From contig DATJEU010000071.1 in the NCBI GenBank assembly GCA_035496255.1, forward strand, positions 2,134 through 66,133: a stretch of 64,000 nucleotides of DNA. The letters run 5' to 3'. Under the pieces are notes generated by a model. That model saw nothing but the letters and a program-made list of their open reading frames with translations, made no database searches and was not told the origin of the DNA. Below, piece by piece: positions 36,469 through 44,798 of the stretch (the stretch's first letter is position 1; the number at the start of each line of letters is the position of its first letter). Position numbers and translations under genes: made by a program. The DNA comes from Vicinamibacterales bacterium (GTDB lineage: Bacteria; Acidobacteriota; Vicinamibacteria; Vicinamibacterales; UBA2999).

Positions 36469-39400
36469 TCAGAAGTTCAGCGTGAAGTTGAAGCGCACGA
36501 AGCGCGGATTGTAGATCGCCGTCGGCGTCAGGAAGCCGCCGGGGCGCGTCACGTTCGACAGATCCGTGCCGTTGATGATCGTGCCGTTGTACGACGTGGC
36601 GTAGTTGGTATTGAGCGCGTTGTTCAGGTCGATACCAATGTCCGCCCGCCGGCCGGCAAAGCGCAGCACCTTGGCGAAGCGCATGTCGAGCGTCGTGCGG
36701 CGTCCGCCCAGGTACAGCTTGTGGTCGCTGTCGGTCACCGTGATGTTGGTGGTGGCACCCGCACCGAACGGCGTGTGGCCCAGCAGCGGCGTGACGACCT
36801 GCGCCGTGTTCACCTGCCACGTCACCGTCTGCTGCACCGGCGGGGCCGAGCGGATGGTCGCGCTGACGAGCACGTCCACCTTCGGCACCGTGTAGCTGGC
36901 GAGGCCGCGAACCGTCGTCAGCCAGTCCTCGGCGTTGTGGCAGTTGCGCGGATCGGGGGTGCCATACTTTTCCACCGTCGCGCACGTGTCGACGACCGCG
37001 CGACCCGTGCTGGCGCCAAGCGACATCGTCAGGCCGCCGCGCAGGCGCGCGTTGCCGTTGTATTCGAACCCATCCCAGTGGCTGTCACGCGGTTCGCCGA
37101 ACGTGTCCTCGCGTACGAGGTAGTTGTTCGCCGCCACGGTGCCGGCCGCCGGCGTCGCGTCATAGATGGTGACCGGGTAGCCGCCACCATCCGGGAGGCG
37201 CGAGTCGGATGGCACGTCGATGGTGTACGTCTCGTACGCCCCCTGCACCGACCCGTCGAACGTCCCGCCGGCGTGACGCGTCAGGTCGTCGGTGATGAAG
37301 AAGCCCCGGAACACTCGATGGGTGTAGCTGAAGTCGGCCGACACACGCGGGAACACCTGCTGCTGGATCGTCCACGTGTACTGCGTGTCACCGGGACGCA
37401 CACCCCAGCCGTTCAGGACCGAGTCGCCGCAGCCGTTCGGATCCACGCCGTCCTGACCGCAGACTTTCGTGGCGCCGCCAAGCTGGCCGAAGTTGCGGCT
37501 GTTGCCAACCACCGCGCCGCACTCGCCGTTCGCGTTCGGGTCCAGCAGGTTGCAGTCCACGACCATGTCGCCGTTGCCGCCCTTGTCGGCGGTCGCGTTC
37601 CACGTCCGGTTCGACACGCTGCGGACGACCGTCGCGCCAGGGTTGGTCGAGGTGTACGGTGAGTCGTTGGCCGCGTAGGAGAGGTACCTGCCGTAGTTGA
37701 ACTTCAGCGCGGTCTTGCCGTTCCCGAACACGTCGAGCGCGACGCCGACGCGGGGCGTGATGTCGTTGTAGGCATCGACGCCGGCCGTCTTCTGGATCGT
37801 GATCGGCTCCGGGTTGAGGAACGACGTATCGGTCGTGCCGTTCAAGTCCACCGGCGCGAAGCTCGAGGCGCGGTCCCAGCGCAGGGCACCCTGGAGCGTC
37901 AGACGTCCGTGCGTCCAACTATCCTGCGCGAAAACGCTGTTGGTCTTCGTGATCGTGCGCCGTCCGAAGTTGGGCAGGTAATAGGTCACCGCATTCGGGA
38001 CGCCCTTGTTGAACCGGTACATCAACTGCGTGTGACCGGCCTGGTCCTTGTCGAGCAGGTCGAGGCGGCGCATCTGGTAGCCGATCTTCGAGCTGTGCGC
38101 ACCGGTGACGTAGGAGACGTTCGCCTGGATGTCGTCGGTGTTGCCCTTCGCGGGCCCCCACACCGGCACGCCGCGGTACCGGAAGTTGGTGACCGGCGCA
38201 TACGGAGCACCCGTCGCAGGATTGATCGCGTTGGACTGTTCCGTGACCGGAATCAGATCGAGGTTCGCATCGGGCGCGGGGTGGCCGAAGATCGGCTGGT
38301 ACCGGAACGGCGTGTAGCCTGCTTCCAGCAGCAGCTTGTTCGACGCCGGCATCGTCCAGGAGAACTGGCTGAGATAGTACGGCACGTCGAAGTAACCGGA
38401 GCCGGCAGTAGATGTGGCTTCCGGCGACTGGCCGTTATTACCCGGCACGCCAAGGCCGATCCAGCCTTCGCCGCGGTTGTGGCAGCCTTTCGTGCTGGTC
38501 TCCAGCGGCGTGCCCTCGCAGCGCAGCTGCGTTTCCGTGCTCGCCCGCACGCGGTTCTTCCCGAACTGGCCGGTGAAGCGGCCGATGTACATCGTGCGGT
38601 CCTTGACGTTGCGTGCTTCGATCGGCGACGCCACCCAGTCCCATCGCGACGCATCGCCGGTATTCGCGTTGGCCGAAATGCCCGGCTGCGGAATCACCGT
38701 GCTGAGATCGCGATAGCTGCCGTAGAACCACATCGAATCGCGCTTGATCGGACCACCGAACGATCCGCTCCAGTCGTAGGCGCTGATCACGCCGGCCGCG
38801 GACTTCAGGTTCGGATTGAGCGCCTGGATGTCGGAGTCGAGGTTGTCGCCGGCGGACCATTTGCCCGCGGTGTTCAGGAAGAACGTGCCGCTGAACTTGT
38901 TGCCACCGGATCGCGGGACGATGTTCATCGTCGGACCGCCGATGTCGCTCTCTCCGAGACCGCCGCCAACCGTGACGTTGACTTCGTCGACGTTGACGGT
39001 GTCGTAAACGATCGAGGCGAAACCGCCGCTGCGGGCCGCCGTCACGGGGAAGCCGTTCATCGTGTAGCGGCCTTCGCCGGAGACCGATCCCGAGTTGATC
39101 GTGCTCGAGCGCGCGTTGAATGCCGTCATCGTCGGCGACAACGCGCCGCCGGTGGATTCCGCGACGTTGATGCCGGGCGTGATGTTCAGGATCGCTCCGG
39201 CCGCGCGGGTCACGGGCAGCGACTCGATCACGTCGGACTTGATCACGATCTCGCGCTTCGCGTTCTGGACGTCGACCACCGGCGTCTCACCGGTCACGGT
39301 GATCGTTTCCTGCACTCCGCCAACCTTCAGGTCGAGCGGAATCGTCAGGGTCTGGCTACCCTGGAGCTCGATGTTCTCACGCTTGACGGTCGTGAAACCG

Positions 39401-39648
39401 GGCAGCGTCGCCGTCAGCGTGTAGGTCCCAGGGCGCAGGTCGATAATTCGATACTGGCCGGTCGCATCGGTGACGGCGACCTTCGTCTTTTCAATCAGCG
39501 CCGGACTCGACGCTTCCACTGTCACGCCGGGCAGTACAGCGCCCGAGGCGTCCTTCACCGTTCCCGTGAGCGCGGCCTGCGCATATGCGACCGCCGGACA
39601 CGCGACGAGCGCTGCCGCGACAGCAACCCGTCTGAGCAAATTCAACAT
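36469..39648 (-). CDS. TonB-dependent receptor with N-terminal CarboxypepD_reg domain (Oar-like), copy 1
   Basis: Start set at ATG 39648 (GGAGAAGGAG upstream). MLNLLRRVAVAAALVACPAVAYAQAALTGTVKDASGAVLPGVTVEASSP... C-terminal ...YNPRFVRFNFTLNF beta-barrel terminus. Confidence 0.9.
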   Translation of the reverse strand: MLNLLRRVAVAAALVACPAVAYAQAALTGTVKDASGAVLPGVTVEASSPALIEKTKVAVTDATGQYRIIDLRPGTYTLTATLPGFTTVKRENIELQGSQTLTIPLDLKVGGVQETITVTGETPVVDVQNAKREIVIKSDVIESLPVTRAAGAILNITPGINVAESTGGALSPTMTAFNARSSTINSGSVSGEGRYTMNGFPVTAARSGGFASIVYDTVNVDEVNVTVGGGLGESDIGGPTMNIVPRSGGNKFSGTFFLNTAGKWSAGDNLDSDIQALNPNLKSAAGVISAYDWSGSFGGPIKRDSMWFYGSYRDLSTVIPQPGISANANTGDASRWDWVASPIEARNVKDRTMYIGRFTGQFGKNRVRASTETQLRCEGTPLETSTKGCHNRGEGWIGLGVPGNNGQSPEATSTAGSGYFDVPYYLSQFSWTMPASNKLLLEAGYTPFRYQPIFGHPAPDANLDLIPVTEQSNAINPATGAPYAPVTNFRYRGVPVWGPAKGNTDDIQANVSYVTGAHSSKIGYQMRRLDLLDKDQAGHTQLMYRFNKGVPNAVTYYLPNFGRRTITKTNSVFAQDSWTHGRLTLQGALRWDRASSFAPVDLNGTTDTSFLNPEPITIQKTAGVDAYNDITPRVGVALDVFGNGKTALKFNYGRYLSYAANDSPYTSTNPGATVVRSVSNRTWNATADKGGNGDMVVDCNLLDPNANGECGAVVGNSRNFGQLGGATKVCGQDGVDPNGCGDSVLNGWGVRPGDTQYTWTIQQQVFPRVSADFSYTHRVFRGFFITDDLTRHAGGTFDGSVQGAYETYTIDVPSDSRLPDGGGYPVTIYDATPAAGTVAANNYLVREDTFGEPRDSHWDGFEYNGNARLRGGLTMSLGASTGRAVVDTCATVEKYGTPDPRNCHNAEDWLTTVRGLASYTVPKVDVLVSATIRSAPPVQQTVTWQVNTAQVVTPLLGHTPFGAGATTNITVTDSDHKLYLGGRRTTLDMRFAKVLRFAGRRADIGIDLNNALNTNYATSYNGTIINGTDLSNVTRPGGFLTPTAIYNPRFVRFNFTLNF

Positions 39649-39723
39649 TGAGGCTCCTTCTCCTATGGTTCTGCTGTGACACTCCTGAGGCGGGCAGGTT
39701 ACGGAGCCTTGCGCCAAGGGGCA

Positions 39724-39749
39724 ATCAGGCAAGGACCTGATATTTCAGG
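39724..39749 (-). promoter_or_regulatory. Conserved leader dyad ATCAGG-N6-CCTGAT overlapping CCTGA-N4-TCAGG, upstream of TBDR copy 1
   Basis: Read directly, 76-101 nt upstream of ATG 39648. The arms are identical in the copy-2 leader while the spacer differs. Confidence 0.5.
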
Positions 39750-39819
39750 CGGGAGGGAACGGCGAGACCTGGAAGCATCCCTGAGGAACCCGACGAGGGA
39801 CGTCGGCGGCAACGGACGT

Positions 39820-39848
39820 CATGGCCCGGTCTTGACGACCGGGCCATG
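39820..39848 (-). terminator. GC-rich hairpin (12-bp stem CATGGCCCGGTC / GACCGGGCCATG, 5-nt loop) 8 nt downstream of the TBDR copy 2 stop
   Basis: Perfect inverted repeat, homologous to the 36358-36382 hairpin. No U-tract. Confidence 0.55.
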
Positions 39849-39855
39849 TTGCCTG

Positions 39856-42800
39856 TCAGAAATTGAAGGTGAAGTTCAGTCGCACGAACCTCGGCGGGTA
39901 AACCGCCGTCGGATTGTTCCACGTGCCCCCGTTCGCGTCGGTGAGCGAGTAGGTCCCGGCGTACGCCGTCGCGTAGTTGGTGTTCAGCAGGTTGCTCAGA
40001 TCGACACCAACGTCTGCGCGGGTGCGGCCGAAGCGCAGCACCTTCGCGAACCGCATGTCGATCTGGCTCCGGCGGTTGTTCGCGTAGATCCGGTGATCCT
40101 CGTCGGTGATCGCAATCGTAGTGGTCCCGGTCGGGTTGGCGCCGAACGGCAGATGTCCGAGTACTGCGGCGATCGTCGAGTTCGGTACGACCATGCTCGC
40201 TGACAGGCTCAGCGGCGGTTCCGAGCGGAACGTGCCGCTGATCAGCACGTCGATCTTCGGGATCGTGTAGCTGGCCAGACCGCGGATGGTGCTCTGGAAC
40301 GGCGCCACGTTGTTACACCCGCGCGGATCGGGGTTGCTGCTGGCAATGTCCTGCGCGCAGGTATTGACCACCGAGCGGCCGGTGCTGCTGCCGATCGAGG
40401 TCGTCAGACCGCCGCGCAGACGCGCATTCAGGGTGATGTCGAAGCCGCTCCAGTGGCTGTCGCGCTCGCCGGCCCCGAGGCTCTTCTCGTCGGTCAGGTA
40501 GTTCGACGCGCCCACCGCGCCGAATTCCGGCCTGATGGTGTAGACGGTGACCGGGTAGCCACCACCGCCCGGCAGCCGCGAGTCGACCGGGGTTGTCAGT
40601 TGGTAGGTCTCGAAGTACTGCGTCGAATCGCCCGTCACCACGCCGCCGGCATGGCGGCTCAGGTTTTCCGTGCGGAAGAACCCATGGAACGTGCGGTAGG
40701 TGTAACTGAAGTCACCTGAGATGCGCGGGAGGATTTCCTGCTGCAGCGTGATCGTCGACTGATAGTCGTTGGGACGCACGCCCCACCCGCTCAGCACGCC
40801 AGGATCGACGACGGTGGCCGAGCCCAGTTTGCCGAAGTTGATGTCGTTGCCCGACAGCGCGCCGCAGGTGTCGACGCTGCCAGTCGTCGTCGGCCCCTGG
40901 GCGCCGACGTTCAGCAGGTCGCAGTCGACCACGTGGTCCGTGTCGTTGTCGGTCCACGAGCGGTTGCTGATCGAGCTCGGGATGGTGACGGCCTTGTTGG
41001 TCGAGATGTACGGCGTGTCGTTCGAGGCGTACCCGAGGTAGTGGCCCCAGTTGAACTTCAGCGCCGTCTTGCCGTTGCCGAACACGTCATACGCGACGCC
41101 GATGCGCGGCGTGAGGTCGTTGAACGCGTTCACGCCTTCCGTCTTCGGGAACGTGATCGTGGCGGCGTTCAGGAACGACGTCGCGGTCGTGCCGTTGCCG
41201 TCGACGGGCGCGAAGCTGTTGACCCGATCCCACCGCAACGCACCCTGCAGGGTCAGTCGGCCACGCGTCCAGCTGTCCTGCGCGAACACGCCGTTCAGCA
41301 TGGTGATCGTCCGATGCCCGAAGTCCGGCAGGCGGTAGCTGACGGCGTTGGGCACGCCTCGGTTGAAGCGATAGGCCAGGAGCGACGAATTGGTCAGCGT
41401 CTGATCGAGTTGATCCTGCCGGTCGCCCTGGTAGCCAATCTTCATCGAATGGGAGCCGGTGACGTAGGACATCGACGCGTTGTAGCCGGCAGTCTTGCCA
41501 ACGGCCCAACCCCACGACGCGAGCGAGCGGTACTGGTAATTCGCTCGCGGCGCGTACTGGATTCCGGTCGCCGGGTTGATTGAGGTCGATTGCTCGGTCA
41601 CCTGGATGTTGCTGGTGTCGCCGTCAGGCGCCGGGAAGCCGAACAGCGGGTTGTAGCTGAAGTTCGTGTAGCTGGCGTCGAGCAGGATCTTGCTGGTCAG
41701 GGGCAGGTTCCACGATCCCTGTGTCAGCCAATAGGGCACGTCGAAGTACCCGTTGCCGGCCGTCGACGAGGCTTCGGGCGATTGCGACGTTGTCCCGAGA
41801 CCGATCCAGGTGTCACCGCGCTGGTGGCAGCCCGGGCTGCCCACCTTGAGCGGCGTGCCTTCACACCGGTGCTGATATTCCTCGTTGAACTGGAGGCGGT
41901 TCTTCCCGAACTGCGCGGTCAGCCGGCCGATCATCATCTGCCGATCTTTCAGCAGGCGAGCATCGGTCTCTGTCGGCGCCCAATCCCAATGCGAGAAATC
42001 GAGCGCGTATTTGTTGGCCTTGATACCTTCGACCGCGGTCTGGGTGTCGAGGTTGCGATAGCTGGCGTAGAACCACAGCCGGTCGCGCTTGACCGGGCCG
42101 CCGTACGACACGCTCGCGTCGTACGAGGTGATGATGCCGGGTGTCGCCTGCAGATTCGGTCCCGGCGGCGGCGCGGTCAGCTTCGCATCGAGGTTGTTGC
42201 TGCGCGACCAGTCGCCCGCCTCATTGAGGAACGCGCTGCCGGCGAACCTGTTGCCGCCCGACTTCGGCACCAGGTTCATCACCGGCCCGCCAATGTCACT
42301 TTCGCCGAGGCCGCCGCCGACACGCACGGTGACTTCTTCCGAGTTCACGGTGTCGTAGACGTAGGAGGACACGCCACCGCTGCGCGCCGCCGCCACCGCC
42401 GCGCCGTTGACCGACATCCGGCCCTCACCGCCGACCGTGGGGGAGTTATTGCCGCTCGAGTGGGCGTTGAAGAACGTCATCGTCGGCGACAGATCCAGGC
42501 CGGTGCTGCCGACCTGCAGGCCGGGCGTGACGTTGAGCAGCGCGCCGGCGGCGCGGGCGCCAGGCAATGTCTCGATCACGTCGCTCTTCATCACCAGTTC
42601 GCGCCGCGCGTTCTGGACGTCCACCACGGGCGTCTCACCGGTGACCGTGATCGTTTCCTGGAGGCCGCCGACCTTCAACTCAAACGGAATCGTCAGCGTC
42701 TGGCTGCCCTGAAGCTCGATGTTCTCGCGTCGAACGGTCGTGAACCCTGACAGCGACGCTGAGAGCGCATATGTCCCGGGGCGGAGGTCGATGATCCGAT

Positions 42801-42996
42801 ACTGGCCGGTCGCATTGGTAACGGCGGCCTTCGTCTTTTCAATCAGCGCCGGACTCGACGCTTCCACTGTCACGCCGGGCAGTACGGCGCCCGACGCGTC
42901 CTTCACCGTTCCCGTGAGCGCGGCCTGGGCATACGCGACGGCCGGACACACGATGAGTGCTGCAACGAAGGCAACCCGTCTGAGCAGTTTCAGCAT
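39856..42996 (-). CDS. TonB-dependent receptor with N-terminal CarboxypepD_reg domain (Oar-like), copy 2 (tandem paralog)
   Basis: MLKLLRRVAFVAALIVCPAVAYAQAALTGTVKDASGAVLPGVTVEASSP...YPPRFVRLNFTFNF. Collinear with copy 1 throughout. Confidence 0.9.
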   Translation of the reverse strand: MLKLLRRVAFVAALIVCPAVAYAQAALTGTVKDASGAVLPGVTVEASSPALIEKTKAAVTNATGQYRIIDLRPGTYALSASLSGFTTVRRENIELQGSQTLTIPFELKVGGLQETITVTGETPVVDVQNARRELVMKSDVIETLPGARAAGALLNVTPGLQVGSTGLDLSPTMTFFNAHSSGNNSPTVGGEGRMSVNGAAVAAARSGGVSSYVYDTVNSEEVTVRVGGGLGESDIGGPVMNLVPKSGGNRFAGSAFLNEAGDWSRSNNLDAKLTAPPPGPNLQATPGIITSYDASVSYGGPVKRDRLWFYASYRNLDTQTAVEGIKANKYALDFSHWDWAPTETDARLLKDRQMMIGRLTAQFGKNRLQFNEEYQHRCEGTPLKVGSPGCHQRGDTWIGLGTTSQSPEASSTAGNGYFDVPYWLTQGSWNLPLTSKILLDASYTNFSYNPLFGFPAPDGDTSNIQVTEQSTSINPATGIQYAPRANYQYRSLASWGWAVGKTAGYNASMSYVTGSHSMKIGYQGDRQDQLDQTLTNSSLLAYRFNRGVPNAVSYRLPDFGHRTITMLNGVFAQDSWTRGRLTLQGALRWDRVNSFAPVDGNGTTATSFLNAATITFPKTEGVNAFNDLTPRIGVAYDVFGNGKTALKFNWGHYLGYASNDTPYISTNKAVTIPSSISNRSWTDNDTDHVVDCDLLNVGAQGPTTTGSVDTCGALSGNDINFGKLGSATVVDPGVLSGWGVRPNDYQSTITLQQEILPRISGDFSYTYRTFHGFFRTENLSRHAGGVVTGDSTQYFETYQLTTPVDSRLPGGGGYPVTVYTIRPEFGAVGASNYLTDEKSLGAGERDSHWSGFDITLNARLRGGLTTSIGSSTGRSVVNTCAQDIASSNPDPRGCNNVAPFQSTIRGLASYTIPKIDVLISGTFRSEPPLSLSASMVVPNSTIAAVLGHLPFGANPTGTTTIAITDEDHRIYANNRRSQIDMRFAKVLRFGRTRADVGVDLSNLLNTNYATAYAGTYSLTDANGGTWNNPTAVYPPRFVRLNFTFNF

Positions 42997-43089
42997 TACG
43001 GCTCCTTCTTCGGATCTCTTGTGACTTTTCGCGGATCTCTTGTGACAATTCAGAGGCGCGAAGGGTACGGAGGGCTGAGCGGTTCAACA

Positions 43090-43115
43090 ATCAGGTAAAG
43101 ACCTGATATTTCAGG
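43090..43115 (-). promoter_or_regulatory. Conserved leader dyad ATCAGG-N6-CCTGAT overlapping CCTGA-N4-TCAGG, upstream of TBDR copy 2
   Basis: Read directly, 94-119 nt upstream of ATG 42996. Confidence 0.5.
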
Positions 43116-43627
43116 GGGAAGGGAACGGACAAAGACGTACTTTCACCACCCTGACGGAAACCGCTCGTCCACTGGGCTGGAAAGGTCCAGAACCGCCCCG
43201 ATAGGGAAAGGACCTACCGGGGCCGGTCCTGCCCTCGCTGCGCCAGTGTCCAAGGCGCAGTGAGGGTCCGCTCAAGGAGGCGCAATCATCAAGTCGTCAC
43301 GTGTTGGACACAATCAGGTCAAGACCCGATGTCATCATGAAACTGACCTGAAAGTTTTGTGTTGGACGGAGTAAGCAGGCACCGATCTCGTACGGCCGGC
43401 GCCGAATGCCGAGACAGACGCCGGTCTTCCGCTGGCGCCCGCGGTCAGCTTCGGTCCGGCGCGTATGCCCTCCTTCGCGTTCGCCGTCGCGCCTCAACCG
43501 CGTGGACCGGCCCCAGTCCCCGGGTGCGATCAGGTGGCAATACCCTGCGCACTGGACAGCGGCCGTGCTGCGGTCCGGTATATAGTTCGAGGTCGCGACG
43601 GCACCTGCTGCCATCGGAGGATCAGAC

Positions 43628-44239
43628 ATGAAACGACTTATCCCATTCGTTCTTTGCACGCTGGCGCTGGCGGCGCCGGCATTCGCACAGCGTGGCGGCG
43701 GCCGTGGTGGCCGTGGCGGCGCCCCGGCGGCGCCCATCGCGCTCGAGCCAGGCGCCTCGCAGGCGGACGTCGACAAGGCGCTGATGGCCGCGCCCGACAA
43801 CGTCAAGGCACAGGCGACGGTCATCAAGTGGAATCCGTCGGACTGGACCTACACCACCCTGCGCAAGGGCACCAACAAGATGGTGTGTTTCGACAAGTCC
43901 GGCCTGCCCGGACAGCCCGCGTTCCTGGTCGAATGCACGACGCTCGGTAACCTGCCGCGCGCGGCCCAGAACATGAAGTTCGAAACCGAACCCGATCGTG
44001 CCAAGCGACAGGCGGCACTTGACGCCGCCGAGAAGGATGGCACGCGGGTGAAGCCGGAATTCGGATCTGTCTGGTATCACGCGATGAACGACCCGGCGAA
44101 TCCGCGGCATCACATGACGATCGCCGTCCCGATGGCGACGAAGGCCACCCTCGGCATTCCAGAAGATGCGAGCCAGGGCGGCGTCTGGATCATGAATCCG
44201 GGCACGACGACGGCGCATCTGATGACGCCGGGCGAGTGA
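43628..44239 (+). CDS. Secreted hypothetical protein
   Basis: GGAGGA RBS. Signal peptide MKRLIPFVLCTLALAAPAFA followed by a QRGGGRGGRGGAP linker. No family recognised. Confidence 0.6.
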   Translation: MKRLIPFVLCTLALAAPAFAQRGGGRGGRGGAPAAPIALEPGASQADVDKALMAAPDNVKAQATVIKWNPSDWTYTTLRKGTNKMVCFDKSGLPGQPAFLVECTTLGNLPRAAQNMKFETEPDRAKRQAALDAAEKDGTRVKPEFGSVWYHAMNDPANPRHHMTIAVPMATKATLGIPEDASQGGVWIMNPGTTTAHLMTPGE

Positions 44240-44580
44240 AAGCGGTCTACCTGACGCTTGCGGTACTCACGGGGTTATCGGCCGCGCCCGCGGCCGATGC
44301 CCCGCGTACCTTCAACGGTGTCATCACCGATGACATGTGTGCCCGTGGTGGCCACGCGACGATGCGCATGGGCCCGACCGATGCGGAGTGCACACGCGCC
44401 TGCGTCAACATTCATGGCGCCGCCTACGTGCTGTTCGACGGCAAGAACGTATACGCCCTGAGCGACCAGCAATCACCCGACCGGTTTGCCGGCCAATCCG
44501 TTCGCGTCACCGGCGTACTCGATTCAAAGACGAAGACCATCCGCGTTCAGAACATCGCAGCACGGCCGTCCGGCCGCTGA
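44236..44580 (+). CDS. Small secreted Cys-containing protein (resembles what I recall as DUF5818; unverified)
   Basis: GTGA start/stop overlap with the upstream gene. Signal peptide, then FNGVITDDMCARGGHATMRMGPTDAECTRACVNIHGAAYVLFDGKNVYALSDQQ..FAGQSVRVTGVLDSKTKTIRVQNI. Confidence 0.6.
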   Translation: MKAVYLTLAVLTGLSAAPAADAPRTFNGVITDDMCARGGHATMRMGPTDAECTRACVNIHGAAYVLFDGKNVYALSDQQSPDRFAGQSVRVTGVLDSKTKTIRVQNIAARPSGR

Positions 44581-44798
44581 CTCTGCCCATCGGGCGCGTC
44601 TAACTACCTCCGCTGAAGTACAGCTGATTCGCTGCGGCGGCCGGCGTCATGCGGCCCGCCAAACCTGCACTGCTGGTCGGGTCGCATCGCCACCCCACTG
44701 GCGCAACCGGAAGACTCGCCCCTCCGAACACGCGGGCATATGCCATGCATTTCGGCGTGCGTCACCGCGGGCCGTCCGTGTGATGACTCATCAGTCGC

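Noticed and set aside
37909-39651. 580-aa + strand ORF (and 41590-42750, 36721-37662, 40933-41583) antisense to the TonB-dependent receptor genes
   Set aside because: Arg/His/Asp-rich, no motifs. The minus strand encodes full-length receptors ending in the canonical aromatic C-terminus.
43105-43235. Cobalamin riboswitch in the TBDR leader (GGGAAGGGAAC, CCACTGGG, GGGAAAGG, GGTCCTGCC resemble riboswitch blocks)
   Set aside because: The resemblances are on the + strand, which is antisense to the receptor genes. The GGUG-AA-UCC core and a proper B12 box (AGYCMGGAGACCKGCC) are missing, and the order and spacing do not fit. An Rfam cmscan would settle it.
43543-43557. Sigma-54-type promoter TGGCAATACCCTGCG upstream of gene 43628
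   Set aside because: The GG-to-GC spacing is one nt shorter than the TGGCAC-N5-TTGC consensus, and no enhancer-binding protein gene is nearby. Too weak to call.
43297-43827. 176-aa minus-strand ORF spanning the long intergenic region and the 5' end of gene 43628-44239
   Set aside because: Ala/Pro/Arg-rich, no RBS, and it overlaps a gene that has a clear RBS and signal peptide. The region is better explained as non-coding structured DNA.
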